Below the pieces are notes generated by a model. It made no database searches. It was not told the DNA's origin and worked only from the letters and a program-made list of their open reading frames with translations. Shown here one piece after another: positions 39,651 through 51,445 of a DNA stretch of 64,000 bases; the stretch's first letter is position 1, and each line of letters starts with the position of its first letter. A program made the position numbers and the translations under genes. The DNA comes from Octopus bimaculoides (lineage: Eukaryota): contig NC_068981.1 of the NCBI RefSeq assembly GCF_001194135.2, positions 40,317,108-40,381,107 of the forward strand. The letters are read 5' to 3'.

Positions 39651-40056
39651 CATACATACATACATACATACATACATACATACATGTGTGTGTGTGTGTA
39701 CATGTAATTATGTATTTTACTGTGTATTTGTGTCTCTGAATGTCTGCATATGTATATGCGTACCTGTGTCTGTGTGTCTGTATATGCATGTGTATGCGTA
39801 TGAGTGTTTGTGTCTGTGTCGCTGTGTGTTCGGTAATTCCTTTTCATTTTACTTTCAATGAAAATAAAGAAAAATGCTCATGTCCACAATATAAATACTG
39901 TCCTCTGTGTATTTTTTCTTTCAAACACTTGTTTCGTTTTGATTTCCGATATTTTAATGGGTTTTTATTTGTTATTAATTTTTCCTTTTTGTCTTCATTT
40001 GTGTTTGTTTTTCTTCTTTCTCCCCCTCTCTATCCTACTATCTATCTCTCTTTCTC

Positions 40057-40094
<38 letters not shown>

Positions 40095-41095
40095 TCTCTC
40101 TCTCTCTCACTCTTTCTCTCTCTTCTCAAAGTAGATAAAAATGTATTCGAATCGTATTAGTTTTGTTTTCTGTTGATGCCTAAAGAAGATAACATTTGCA
40201 TATTGAAAGCGATTCTGGGACACAATATATAAATAAATTATTGTTTTTCACCAGATCTGATAAAAGACATCTGTCGCCAAACCATCCCGCCAAACCCCTA
40301 AACGATCTTCTCCTTTGTTGGTTGTTGTTTTTCTCTCTTTCGTTGATACAGCTACTAAGGCAAGGGATATTTTCATGACGCATTTTTATCAAGTCAGCTT
40401 TCTTCATTCAACGTTGGATTGTGTGTTAAGGGTTAGATCAATATTTGGCTTGACACAGACACACGCGAATACACAAATAATCACGCGCGTACACATATAC
40501 GCACGCGCATTTATTTGTGTGTGAAAATAAATGCTGTTGTTGGCAAGGATGAGTGTCCACCAGATTACATTTCTCTGGGACCAATGACCGGTCATAATAA
40601 ACTCGAAAACTTTTATCAGAGTGAGAAGACAGGTATAGATACAATTTTACATAGATACATACATACATAAATACATACATAGAGATGTATATACACGCGC
40701 ACCTGCACACATGCGCACGCACACATACACACACACATATATATAGGGAAGACATTATATATAATCTTATAATGTTCAGCTTCCCTGCGGTTGTAAACAT
40801 TTCTTCCAAAACTAGTGAGAAAAAAAGTATCTATATACAACTTGACTCGAAATCTGCAGCTTCTTCAGACTAATTACAAGTCTTTTTTTGTTTTGTTTTT
40901 TTGTTTTACCTGTTATCTTTGTTGCGCTCTGTTTTGTCATTAAGTACTAAGTACTAATTTCGAAACGCTGGAGTTTAGAGATAAAAAAAATAAAATATGA
41001 CAACTTAACACGCATTTAAGAAATTTTATCTGTAGAAAAAAGCAGTAAAAATATGAATTGCTTTTCAAAACTTGATCATGTCAATTTTCGTGATT

Positions 41096-41440
41096 ATTTT
41101 TACTAAACTCCAACGATGAGGATGTGTACGTTTATAAGAAGGATGTAATCATATTTTTTTTAAGCGTTAGCATACATAAACATAGTTTCTGCGATCAGAT
41201 TATAAATTCACATTAATACAAATAATAATTGATGAACTTGGTTTTGTGAATAAACGCCGAAGTGACAATTTGAAAAGGCTGAAGATTTTAGAAAATAAAA
41301 TCAGTCACCTATATAAATATGCAAGGCTTCTCTCAAGTTGTTTTTTGTGATCTATCTTCAAGCAATGGAGCTTTGTACCTTTGATAAAAATCAGCTCCTT
41401 CGTTACAGGATGCTTTCAAATAATCAAAAATAGAAGAGAC

Positions 41441-41476
<36 letters not shown>

Positions 41477-41546
41477 TTTTACTAAACTCCAACGATGAAG
41501 CTTTATACGTTTATAAGAAGGATGTAATGATCTTTTTTTTTAAGCG
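41096..41546. repeat. Pair of ~70-bp direct repeats (41096-41166 and 41475-41546)
   Basis: tttttactaaactccaacgatga...tacgtttataagaaggatgtaat..t.ttttttttaagcg occurs twice. Confidence 0.9.
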
Positions 41547-41686
41547 CAATCTGTGAGTGGAACAGTAAAAATATGCTAGACTTGTCTGTGTTAACTATAC
41601 ATCCCAAAGATGGAGCCTTGTATCTTTGTTGGAAAACGGCCCCCTCCTCAGTGGAAGATATACATACATACATGCAAGCATGCTTA

Positions 41687-42602
41687 CCAAGTGCGTTCAG
41701 AACGTATCCAACTTTATTTTTCCTCACTAAAACTAATGCTGCGTGGGCAAAATCCTTTAGGTAAGAAGTGACACCACTCTTCTTGCGCATGCCTGAAAGT
41801 TTTCGTACTGGTAGGCCGCATTAGTTCCCGGCTGTTATATCTAGAGTACAGATATATAGTGCGCGTTCGCCGGATTTTTTTATTTCACGCAAGATGACTG
41901 AACGCACCAGCAGAGACCATAAACTTATGTCCCATCACCATTGATGATGGTCTTCATGAAGTCTGGATCTCGGTTTGCACAGTCCAGCATATCCTGAACG
42001 ATTTGCATGCAGAGTTATATCTGATGCTCCGCCAGCACCTTGGAGACGAATTTCGCCGACACTCTCTGTATGCAGAAATCCTCCATCAAAATGGAATGTA
42101 CTGACCCTCTGCGTATTCTCACTTTGTGAGCAATTTCCTGGATTGTTACATGACAGTCTTCCAAGGCTATTCACCGAACTTTCCCAATCGGTTCCTCATT
42201 TCGGCTTCTGGATGGCCTGCTTGAGTGTGCCTCACTCTCCACAGAGGTGCAACCATTTTTGATGTGGTTGTATCACACCTTGATCTGCGTTTTGCCCATA
42301 GCATCATTGCCAAAAACCTGCTGAATCTTCTGGATAGTTTGAGCTTGAGTATCACCAAGCGTTTGGCAAAACCTGAAGCAATATCCCTGCTCAATGTGCT
42401 CAGTGAAAATGAAGATCCGACGACCGCGCACTACACATCAATTCTCTAGGCGGAACAACAGGAAACTTACGCGACCTACCGGCACAATAATTTTCAGCAA
42501 TGCGCAGGAAGGGTGGATTCATCTCTCACCCAATGCATTTTGCCCACCTGGCTTTATTTTTGGTGGCAAATATAAAGCTGGATACTTTTTGAATGCATCT
42601 CA
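41687..42602 (-). mobile_element. Mariner element with both TIRs, catalytic domain deleted
   Basis: TA-flanked TIRs ccaagtgcgttcagaacgtatccaacttta and tgagatgcattcaaaaagtatccagcttta. N-terminal HTH region YCIKFCQTLGDTQAQTIQKIQQVFG to DPDFMKTIINGDGT. Confidence 0.88.
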
Positions 42603-42741
42603 TATATTCTCCTCTTCCGTTCATGGAGCAGTTCATATCTTTGGTAAATGAAACCCTTCTGTTCTCACATTCTTCTCTAACGGTATTATTTTGCTTTTAT
42701 TTTTAGATAATAGCTGAATTCTTACCATTTGATAAGTTAGA

Positions 42742-43060
42742 TTCGCAATGCTCGAGATCCAAGCATTATGAGCTTGATATCGAAACGCTACGAGATTTTT
42801 TTTAATTTCTCAATCAATTTCGTTGATATTCTTCGCAATGCTCGAGACTCAATCATTACGAGCTTGATATCGGATAGACCAGTACTCATCAAAGTGGATG
42901 GTACTGCTCCTTATGGGACAGTGGAAAATTTTATATGGAGATAAGGGATAAGAGGGAGGAATCTTATATGGGTACGAGGGACACATTTTATATCGAGACT
43001 AGGGACAAAGGTGAAAAATATTATATCGATACTAGGGACAAATTTCATATGGGTATTGGC
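42742..43060. repeat. 41-bp direct repeat (42742-42782 and 42832-42872) plus short ttatatcga(g/t)actagggacaaa repeats
   Basis: Read directly; resembles transposon subterminal repeats. Confidence 0.7.
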
Positions 43061-43129
43061 TTCAGTGGGATAACAGATGCATCTTTTTAATTTTCAAAAA
43101 TATTTTCAATGTTCATTCCATGTGTGAAT

Positions 43130-43370
43130 CATCCGTTGATATAAGTGGGTAAATATTGTTTTGATACTACATAAGTTTTCGATGACTTGCGTGCAAGTAA
43201 TTTGTTAAAGGCGATCAACTTATCAGCAGGAATTTTTTGTGATGTGTTTACTTTTTTTAATCGTAGCAAGTGGCGCTGAAAGAATGTTTAGTAAAAGGAA
43301 AGGGTGGTAGTTAAAAAGTTTGAGAAACATTAAGATAGATTATTAAATGTTGCACTCCACACACAGTTCC
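43130..43370 (+). mobile_element. Possible hAT C-terminal dimerisation-domain remnant
   Basis: IVASGAERMFSK resembles the hAT S(A)ERSFS motif; otherwise decayed. Confidence 0.35.
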
Positions 43371-43968
43371 AAATTAGCGTCAGGATGATTGGGTTGAATT
43401 CTAGAGCGGCTTTCCAATGTTTTTCTTATGTCTATGTGCATTACAAGTTAACAAAATAACTATATATTCAGAGCTCCATTTCTACCAAGCGATGAGCTAG
43501 AATCGCTAGCAAGAATGTTCAACAACAGTTTCATCATGTTTACACGGGACTATCAATTAAATACTGTTTAAATTGAATATAATACTTTCTACAGCGATGT
43601 AACTTTTATGAAGCGGTATTGCAGTTTATTTATGTCAACCATCGAGACAAAGAGCAGAAATATCAGGATTATTTGCTATTTAAACACGCTAGTCTATGTT
43701 TCATATCTGAAGGTATTTATGCTATTCACGACTTTCAATGCTTCTAGCTGAGCGCTATATATTTAACTCATGGAGCGAAAATACAGTTCTCAATGAAATC
43801 TACAACATTCAGTAAAAACATGAGCCTCCAGAGTCTTCCACTCTTTTGTAATAGGCTGTATATCAATAATTTCTTTTGAGATTTCTTGAGAGACTTTGGC
43901 TACTTTTGAATCGATACGGACAATATCAATATCAATATAATATAAATGTATGTGTTGTGTGTGCGTCA

Positions 43969-44014
<46 letters not shown>

Positions 44015-44498
44015 CATATATATTGACATTATACAATAAAACCAGCACGATTCTCGGGTGCAGCACCATAGTATTATCCCTTAAATATATTCATAGAGGC
44101 AGTTAACCTTTGCTTCGATCCTAAGGGAACGTGCATGTACATCTGAAACGTTAATTTTTTCCGTCTCGTGTCAGCAATAAGTTACTGTTGCGACTGATGC
44201 TCCTGCTGTTGTTACTAGTGGTGTTATTCTTATCGATCGGTGCTGTTATTGCAGCTGCTGCTGTTGTTGTTGTTGTTGATGGTGATGGAGGATAGAACTG
44301 GTAGAACTGGCTGAACGTGGGGTAAGCTTCTTTGTGGCATTTAGTTAGGTCCCTGTACTTTCTGAGTTCAAATCTCACCGAAATCAACTTTTACTTTCCT
44401 TCTTCTGAGGAGAGGCCAGTAAAATAGGAAGAAACAGTGAGTTATTTGGGTTCGTTTGGTATTCCTATAAAGCATCTTATGTGCGAATGGAGTTATAA

Positions 44499-44612
44499 TG
44501 GAAGAAGAAGAAGAAGAAGAAGAAGAAGAAGAAGAAGAAGAAGAAGAAGAAGAAGAAGAAGAAGAAGAAGAAGAAGAAGAAGAAGAAGAAGACGTCGACG
44601 ACGACGACGACT
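44499..44612. repeat. (GAA)n tract of about 30 units followed by (GAC)n
   Basis: Read directly; source of the poly-E, poly-R and poly-S pseudo-ORFs. Confidence 0.97.
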
Positions 44613-44798
44613 TTATCAATAATCTTTCTGGCTTCGATAAAATATGTATCAGCCAAGTACTAGGGTCGATTAAGTTGATTATGACGTACTTGTGTCAATG
44701 TGCCAGTGTAAGAAATATTCATTGTTGCTTTTGTTGCACTGGAATCTGTTTAGTTGACTGCATACTTTTCCTTCACCTTCTCCTTTTTCTCTTTCCTC

Positions 44799-44854
<56 letters not shown>

Positions 44855-44898
44855 NNNNNNNNNNNNNNNNNNNNNNNNNNNNNNNNNNNNNNNNNNNN
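44855..44898. other. Assembly gap in (CT)n
   Basis: Run of N. Confidence 1.
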
Positions 44899-44943
<45 letters not shown>

Positions 44944-44974
44944 TCTCGCATCTGTGTGTGTGTGTGTGGTGTGT

Positions 44975-45006
<32 letters not shown>

Positions 45007-45009
45007 ACT

Positions 45010-45205
45010 TGTTGCTTAAGTCCTGGTCAGTTAACCCTGATCAAATAGATTTATAATCAAATGTATCTCAGCTACGAACATTTTATCTTTCCAAGGGCAT
45101 ATCTAGGACTACATTATACAAGGTGTCCTTTCTTTTCTTGAAGGGGCAGGCTTTGATTTGAGAGACATTTGGTTTCAATTTTTAGCAGATTAATCGACCA
45201 CATAG
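45010..45205 (-). mobile_element. Family D SINE-like remnant
   Basis: Reverse of the D motifs (ctaggactacattatacaaggtgtcc...cgaccacatagaacctc). Confidence 0.6.
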
Positions 45206-45306
45206 AACCTCTCTTCTTCTTCTTCTTCTTCTTGTTGTTGTAGTAGAAGTTGATGATTGGTAAAACCACTAGACTGCAAAGCTAACGATTTGGCAGAATC
45301 GTTAGA

Positions 45307-45539
45307 AAGGCGGTGAGCTGGCAGAATCGTTAGCACGCCGGGCGAAATGCTTAACGGTATTTTGTCTGCCGTTACGTTCTGAGTTCAAATTTCGCCGAGG
45401 TTGACTTCTCCTTTCATTCTTTCGGGGTCGATAAATTAAGTACCAGTTACGCACTGGTGTCGATGTAATCGACTTAATCCCTTTGTCTGTCCTTGTTTGT
45501 CCCCTCTATGTTTAGCCCTTTGAGGGCAATAAAGAAATA
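45307..45539 (+). mobile_element. Young full-length SINE family A with type-1 tail, nested in an older A copy
   Basis: A-box-like tggcagaatcgttag, B-box gagttcaaatt; 12-bp TSD agaatcgttaga at 45295-45306 and 45540-45551. Confidence 0.95.
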
Positions 45540-47382
45540 AGAATCGTTAGAGCATCATATAGAATGAGTTGCGATATTTCTCCATACTCTCTGCATCCTG
45601 AGTTCAAATCCAACCAAGGTCGATTTTATCTTTCATCACTCCGGGGGTTGATAAATATGCAGCTATCAAGTACTAGAGATATTTCTTCTCTCTCGTTCCT
45701 TCTTTCTACCCCCGTCTCTTTGTATCAGCTTCCTTGAAGGTCCAACACACGAGGCAAAGTTGATCTCTGTAGGTTTTGAAATCTAAATTTAAAGAGCCAG
45801 GACAAATATCAGAAGACATTTTGACCGAGAAAGTCTGCAAATCTACCGCCTTAATCAATATTTAAATAATTCTTTCTATTATAGGCACATGGGCTGAAAT
45901 TTTAGAGAAGGAAGCTAATCGATTGCATCGACCCCTGTGCTGAAGTGGTACTTATTTTACCAACCCCGAAAAGATAGAAGGCAAAGTCGACCTCGGCGAA
46001 TTTGAACTCAGAACGTAGAGACGAGCGTAAAGCCGGAAGAATCAATACTTAAATAATATTGCAAATTCGTTCCCAATAAGTCGATTGGCTGAACTTAATT
46101 CCTAAGAGTAAAATAGTTTTAAAAAATATTTTTAAATTATTAATTTCATATGAAAATTAATAAAATTAATATGTAATTATAAATATAGAAATATAATAAG
46201 AAACACCATCATAGGTAAAACAAAATAGCCACCAGGAGACAAAGATAAAAAAAAAACTATGTAATTAAATCACATATGAATTGATATTTAAACGTAATTA
46301 TAAAATAATGAACTCTTACAAAATAGCGTAAATAATAATATTTGATAATGTTCTAATTTTTTAATAATTATTGCTAATAATATTAATTAGGTGAAATCGT
46401 TTGTTAAATAAAAAATTTGATAAAACTATAACGAATGAAAAACAATTCTGAGATTTTTCAGAGACCGACACCAAATTGCGAGGCTATAATTTGAAACTTG
46501 TTTGGCTTATGCCTAACTTCTTCCCTTACTTTCATCCCTTCAAGTTAAGAAAATGATAGCCAATACAATATTCGAAATCGATTTAATTGATTTTTTATTG
46601 AATTGACTTTGTAGATTTGCAGAATCGTTAAGAGCGCCGGATAGACTTCTGACTGTTATTCATTAATGGCGGTGAAATGACAGAATCGTTAGGGCGTTGG
46701 ATAAAATGCCTTGTCACATTGGTTCTGGCTCTTTAAAGTTTAAATCCTACTGAAGTTAATTTTTTGCTTTCATTCTTCCGAGATTGATAAAATAAAGTAC
46801 CAGTCAAGTACTGACCACCTCCCAACAAAATTGCTAGCATTATGATCTAAATTGCAAGTGTTAAACCGGATGCCTTGTAGTACTTCTTCCAGTTCTTTTT
46901 ATTCTGCGTTCAAATCCCTCCAAGGACAACTTAGCATTTTTATCCGGTAACAAAATAAAGTACCAGTCAAGAACTTATTAAGGCAGTAGTATCGACTAAT
47001 CCCCTTCTGTTTTACTCAGGAGCCAAGACGACGAGTTAACAAAATTGTTACTATCGTCGGGAAAATGCTTTGCCGTATTTGTTCCGAATCTTTACATTCT
47101 GGGTTCAATTCTTACTGAGGTCAACTTTACCTTTCAGCCATTTGAGATCGATAAAATAAAGCATTAGCCTGTTACTGAGGTTGATGACATTAACTAAATG
47201 ACACTCCTATAGATTCTTTTCTACTCTAGGCAAACGGCCCGAAATGTTTTGGATGGAGCGGGCCAGTCGATTAGACAGACCCCAGTACGCAGCTGGTACT
47301 TAATTTATCGACCCCGAAAGGACGAAACACAAAGTTGACCTCGGCGGAATTTGAACTCAGAATATAATGACAGACGAAATAC

Positions 47383-47614
47383 CTATTTCTTTACTGCCCA
47401 CAAGGGGCTACACATAGAGGGGACAAACAAGGACAGACAAACGGATTAAGTCGATTATATCGACCCCAGTAGGTAACTGGTACTTAATTTATCGACCCCG
47501 AAAGGATGAAAGGCAAAGTCGACCTCGGCGGAATTTGAACTCAGAACGTAACGGCAGACGAAATACCGCTAAGCATTTCGCCCGGTCTGCTAACGTTTCT
47601 GCCAGCTCGCCGCC
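47383..47614 (-). mobile_element. Young full-length SINE family A with type-1 tail
   Basis: Intact head ggcggcgagctggcagaaacgttagc; tail tgtctgtccttgtttgtcccctctatgtgtagccccttgtgggcagtaaagaaata joined to an internal position (gtatttcg) of the older copy at 47205-47382. Confidence 0.95.
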
Positions 47615-48409
47615 TATAAATTACTGGTCTTATACCTAAATACGAGACCATAAAGAGCGTCGGAGGAAATACTTTGCGGTATTTCTTCCGACTCGAAACG
47701 TTCTGAGTTCAAATTACGCTGATGTTGACCTTGCCTTTCATCCTTTCGGGGTCGATATGTTAAGTACCATTGAAACACTGAGTCGATGTAATCAATTGGA
47801 ACACACACACACACACACACACAGAAAATTTCAGGCCTGGTACCTATAGTAGAAAAGATTATTATTAATATTAGCTACAAACTGGCAGAATCGTTAACAC
47901 GTCGGACAAAGTGTTTTGAGGTATTTCTTTCGATTTTTATGTTCTGAGATCAAATCCTGCCGAGATCGTCTTGCCTTTTATCCCGTCGGATTCGATAGAG
48001 TAAGTATCACACAAGCACTGTTGTCGATGTAATCGATTTTGTCTCCCCTTAAAAATTTTAGCTTTGTACCGAAATTAGAAAGTGGTAGTAGTAGTAGTAG
48101 CTGTTGTTGTTGTTGTTGCTGCAGCTGCTGGTGTTGTTGTTGTTGTTGAGCGTCGTTAATATTCTGCATAAAACAATTTTTTAAAATGAAAACATTTTTC
48201 TAGAGATTAAAGACTAAAAGCATGACCTAAATAATACAAGCATTGCTATCAAAGAATGCTGAGACTATCACGTCCTGATAGAATATATAGGACTAAGAAC
48301 TGAAATATCAATCTAAAATCTAGTTACATCTTCTTAACATCTGTACATAGGGCTACAAGTTGTCTCAACCAGCCTGTTTACAAATTATTAGAATTAGGCA
48401 AATTAGGCA

Positions 48410-48772
48410 CTCCATTGCTTACAACGTCGAGGGTTCCAGTTGATTCGATCAACGGAAAAGCCTGCTCGTGAAATTAACGTGCAAGTGACTGAGCACTCCA
48501 CAGACACGTGTACCCTTAACGTAGCTCTCGGGGAGATTTAGCATGACACAGTGTGACAAGGCTGGCCCTTTGAATTACAGGCACAACAGAAACAGGAAGA
48601 GAGAGTGAGAGAAAGTTGTGGTGGAAGAGTACAATAGGGTTCGCCACCATCTCCTACCGGAGCTTTAGCTTAATAAACACTCACAACGCCCGGTCTGGGA
48701 ATCGAAACCGCGATCTTATGACCGCGAATCCGCTGCCCTAACCACTGGGCCACTGGGCCATTGCGCCACCAC
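48410..48772 (-). mobile_element. SINE family F, full length, with ~22-bp TSD
   Basis: tRNA-like head ggcgcaatggcccagtgg...ggtttcgattccc; TSD attagaattagg(c)aaatta(g/a)gca at 48387-48409 and 48773-48794; 9-bp duplication cactgggcc in the head. Confidence 0.9.
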
Positions 48773-48844
48773 ATTAGAATTAGGAAATTAAGCATAAAGA
48801 TACTAAAATGTAGTGAATCAAGAAACTTTTATTAAGCAGAATTA

Positions 48845-48950
48845 CATCTGGTGGAAGACCTAAGGGTAGATCACGAGGGAGATAGTTGGATAATATTCAT
48901 AATCTCGTAGGTCACACTTGAGTATTCAACCAGACACACACGGAAATAGT
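48845..48950 (+). mobile_element. RTE-type LINE 3' fragment
   Basis: gaagacctaagggtagatcacga...gttggataatatt parallels 51038-51085 (GRRPRGRPRRRWLDNI). Confidence 0.55.
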
Positions 48951-48977
48951 AATTTATGAATGTGGTTGGCTGAGGAT

Positions 48978-50577
48978 AAAAACCTTGTTATATTAATGAC
49001 CAAGACTTTGCGCGATTGTTTGGAGAGAATGATGGGGCGGCGACGGTGGCAGACTTTACTTCGTACCTGGACGGCCTACCAAGGCTCTCGGTAGCAGACA
49101 CAAGATTCTGCAAAAAGCCGAATACAGCTACAGAAATACGGGAGACGATGCGCGATTGCACATGTCGCAAGTCGACCAGTTTGGATGGTCTTCCTTACGA
49201 ATTCTATGTATTCATGCCAGATTTGTTTGGCAGCCGCTTGGCAGACGTCTACAGTAACTGGCAGCAGAAAGAACGGGCTAATTCCTAATGTTTCTAGCTG
49301 GAATGTGGTAACACTGCTGAGAAAGGATGCCGACAATGGGGACGTGCTCGGGAATTTTCGGCCCATAGCTCTGCTAAACACAGAGTTTAAGATTCTGGCC
49401 AAAGTGTTAGCTAAAAAGTTGGCGCTTGTTGAAGGTAGCCTGGTCGGGGAGGTACAAACATGTGCAATCCCGAGCAGGTCTATCCATGAAAACCTCCACT
49501 TTATGCGATACATCGTAGAGAGGGCGAGGACTAAAGTTTGCTTCGGTGGGGTCCTGATCAATTTAGATCAGTCGACAGCTTTCAATAGGGTCGACCATCG
49601 CTACCTGGAAGCTGGCACTTAGAATGGTACTTAAAATGTCTGGCACTTAGAATGTCGTCAGTTGCTTACTGTCCCCTACAAGTCAGGCAATTGGATCGGT
49701 GGATGTTCCACTTTAGCTATATATAGAAGATTGTTAGCGGAGAAGTGCGACGACGTCCTCGAGGAGACACTAGGCGTCAACGAAGACGAACTAGCAAGTC
49801 TATTCCGGAAGACTTTCAGGTCGGGGACTATTATGGATAATTTCCATATGTCTTTAGCCTGGCAGTGCTAACGGCTGGGCTACCGGTTCGAGATAAACTC
49901 TACCGGTACAGATGTGCTGTCAGACGAGCTTGTTCAGCATGCACTCATTCAGTGTCTGGGCATTGCTGACTTGTGGATTTATGTCGAACAGTTGCTGCCG
50001 CGTCCATAATGATGATTGCCTCGCCACCCGCCTTTAAACTGGCAAGCAAGACAGTTTTCCTTTGTCTGGTGGCTGTGGAGAAAGAGGTTGTCTGGTGGAC
50101 GAGGCTGAAAGGAATGAGGACAGAAACATTCCTCTTTGGTAAAGCCCTCATCGATGTTTTCAAGTTTCACTTGGAAAGGAAAGTGAGGGTGGAGTGGGAG
50201 GTGTTGTCTTCGAGTGGATTTACGAAAAGTTGAGTGAAAGTTGAGAAAATTGCTACTACCACCGAGATCTGCACCCGCGGTTGACTTCACCCGTGAGTCG
50301 GAAGAAAGGGATTTGGCGAGGGCACTCGTCCTTGGCACATTCAGGGTGGTCTTGGATGGTGGGGTTCCTCGACTATCTCCAGAGATCCATTTATATCAGA
50401 AGGACCCCATCACTATCACTTTTTTTCTTGTAGTGCCGTATACTATGTATACTTCCCTACTTTCGATATATACCGTATATACTCCCACTCCCGCTATTAT
50501 ATGTAAACCCTTACACTTCATGTCTGTCTTTGTATTGTCCCCTTCATCCTTCGCCCTGGTAGTAAATAAAAGAAATC
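48978..50577 (+). mobile_element. Tx1/L1-clade LINE (copy 2), 5' truncated with an internal RT deletion
   Basis: RT N-terminal motifs NFRPIALLNTEFKILAKVLA, QTCAIPSRSIHENL and LDQSTAFNRVDHRYLEA, then a jump near 49615 to the C-terminal domain (KEVVWWTRLKG..FKFHLERKVRVEWEVL). Ends gccctggtagtaaataaaagaaat followed by (CAT)/(ATT)n. Confidence 0.92.
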
Positions 50578-50584
50578 ATCATCA

Positions 50585-50624
<40 letters not shown>

Positions 50625-50626
50625 AA

Positions 50627-50830
50627 GGCAGTGAGCTAGCAGAATCGTAGTGCGCTGGACAAAATACTTAGCGGTATTTCGCCTATCGCTACGTTCTGAG
50701 TTTAAATTCCACCGAGGTCGAATTTGCCTTTCATCCTTTCGGGGTCGACAAACTAAGTACCAGTTGAACACTGGCGTCGATGTAATCGACTTATCCCCTC
50801 CCAAAAAATGGCTGCTCTTCTGGCAAGATT
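50627..50830 (+). mobile_element. SINE family A
   Basis: ggcagtgagctagcagaatcg...ctgagtttaaattccaccgaggtcgaatttgcctttcatcctttcggggtcg. Confidence 0.92.
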
Positions 50831-50858
50831 CGAGACCGTTGTTGTTGTTGTTGTTGTT

Positions 50859-50889
<31 letters not shown>

Positions 50890-50906
50890 ATGATGATTAT
50901 GATGAT

Positions 50907-51215
50907 CAGAGAGTCTTTCCACGTCAAGCTGCTGCTTATCCACATTGTGAGGCCACTGCTCCGGTACTACGAACTTGTGACTAGCATGTTACAGGAAAGA
51001 ATTCCAAGCTACATTCGTCAAGACAAGCCAACGGGCAGAAGACCTAGAGGTAGACCAAGAAGGAGATGGTTGGATAATATTTACAGTCTCGGTCGCGCCA
51101 TCTGAACCCAGCCGGAAAATCTAAAGACTAGACCCAATGGAAGAGGTACATGAGGACTTTACACCCACAACCCTCCTAGGAATTGTGGGTGGAGAAGATG
51201 AATGGTTGTTGATGA
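50907..51215 (+). mobile_element. RTE-type LINE 3' end
   Basis: QERIPSYIRQDKPTGRRPRGRPRRRWLDNI, typical of the RTE ORF C-terminus, with a (GAT)-like tail. Confidence 0.75.
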
Positions 51216-51244
51216 TGTAGTTGTTATTATTGTTGTTGTTATAT

Positions 51245-51445
51245 TTTAGGTCCAGGTCAACCTTGACAGAGTAAACCCATGATCGAAGACGTTCCACTTA
51301 AGACCATCTTTTCCTTTTCTGGAACATTATGTATCTAGAACTACGTTATTCGATAGGTCTCTCTCTTTTCAAGATGTTACTGTGTAATTTCAGGAAGATT
51401 TGATTTCTAGGAGATCAAGTGACCACATAGAGCCTCCTTCGTTGT
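51245..51445 (-). mobile_element. Family D SINE-like remnant
   Basis: ccaggtcaaccttgac...gacgttcca...ctagaactacgttattc...gaccacatagagcctcc. Confidence 0.55.

Larger units (their letters stand above)
44290..48090. mobile_element. Dense cluster of about 12 SINE family A copies in both orientations
   Basis: Copies start near 44290(+), 45285(+, host), 45307(+), 45870(-), 46615(+), 46668(+), 46860(+), 47020(+), 47205(-), 47383(-), 47645(+) and 47878(+). Confidence 0.85.

Noticed and set aside
44290-48090. CRISPR-like or tRNA-gene array
   Set aside because: Repeats are ~200-bp SINEs, irregularly spaced and in both orientations. Heads have A/B boxes but no complete cloverleaf.
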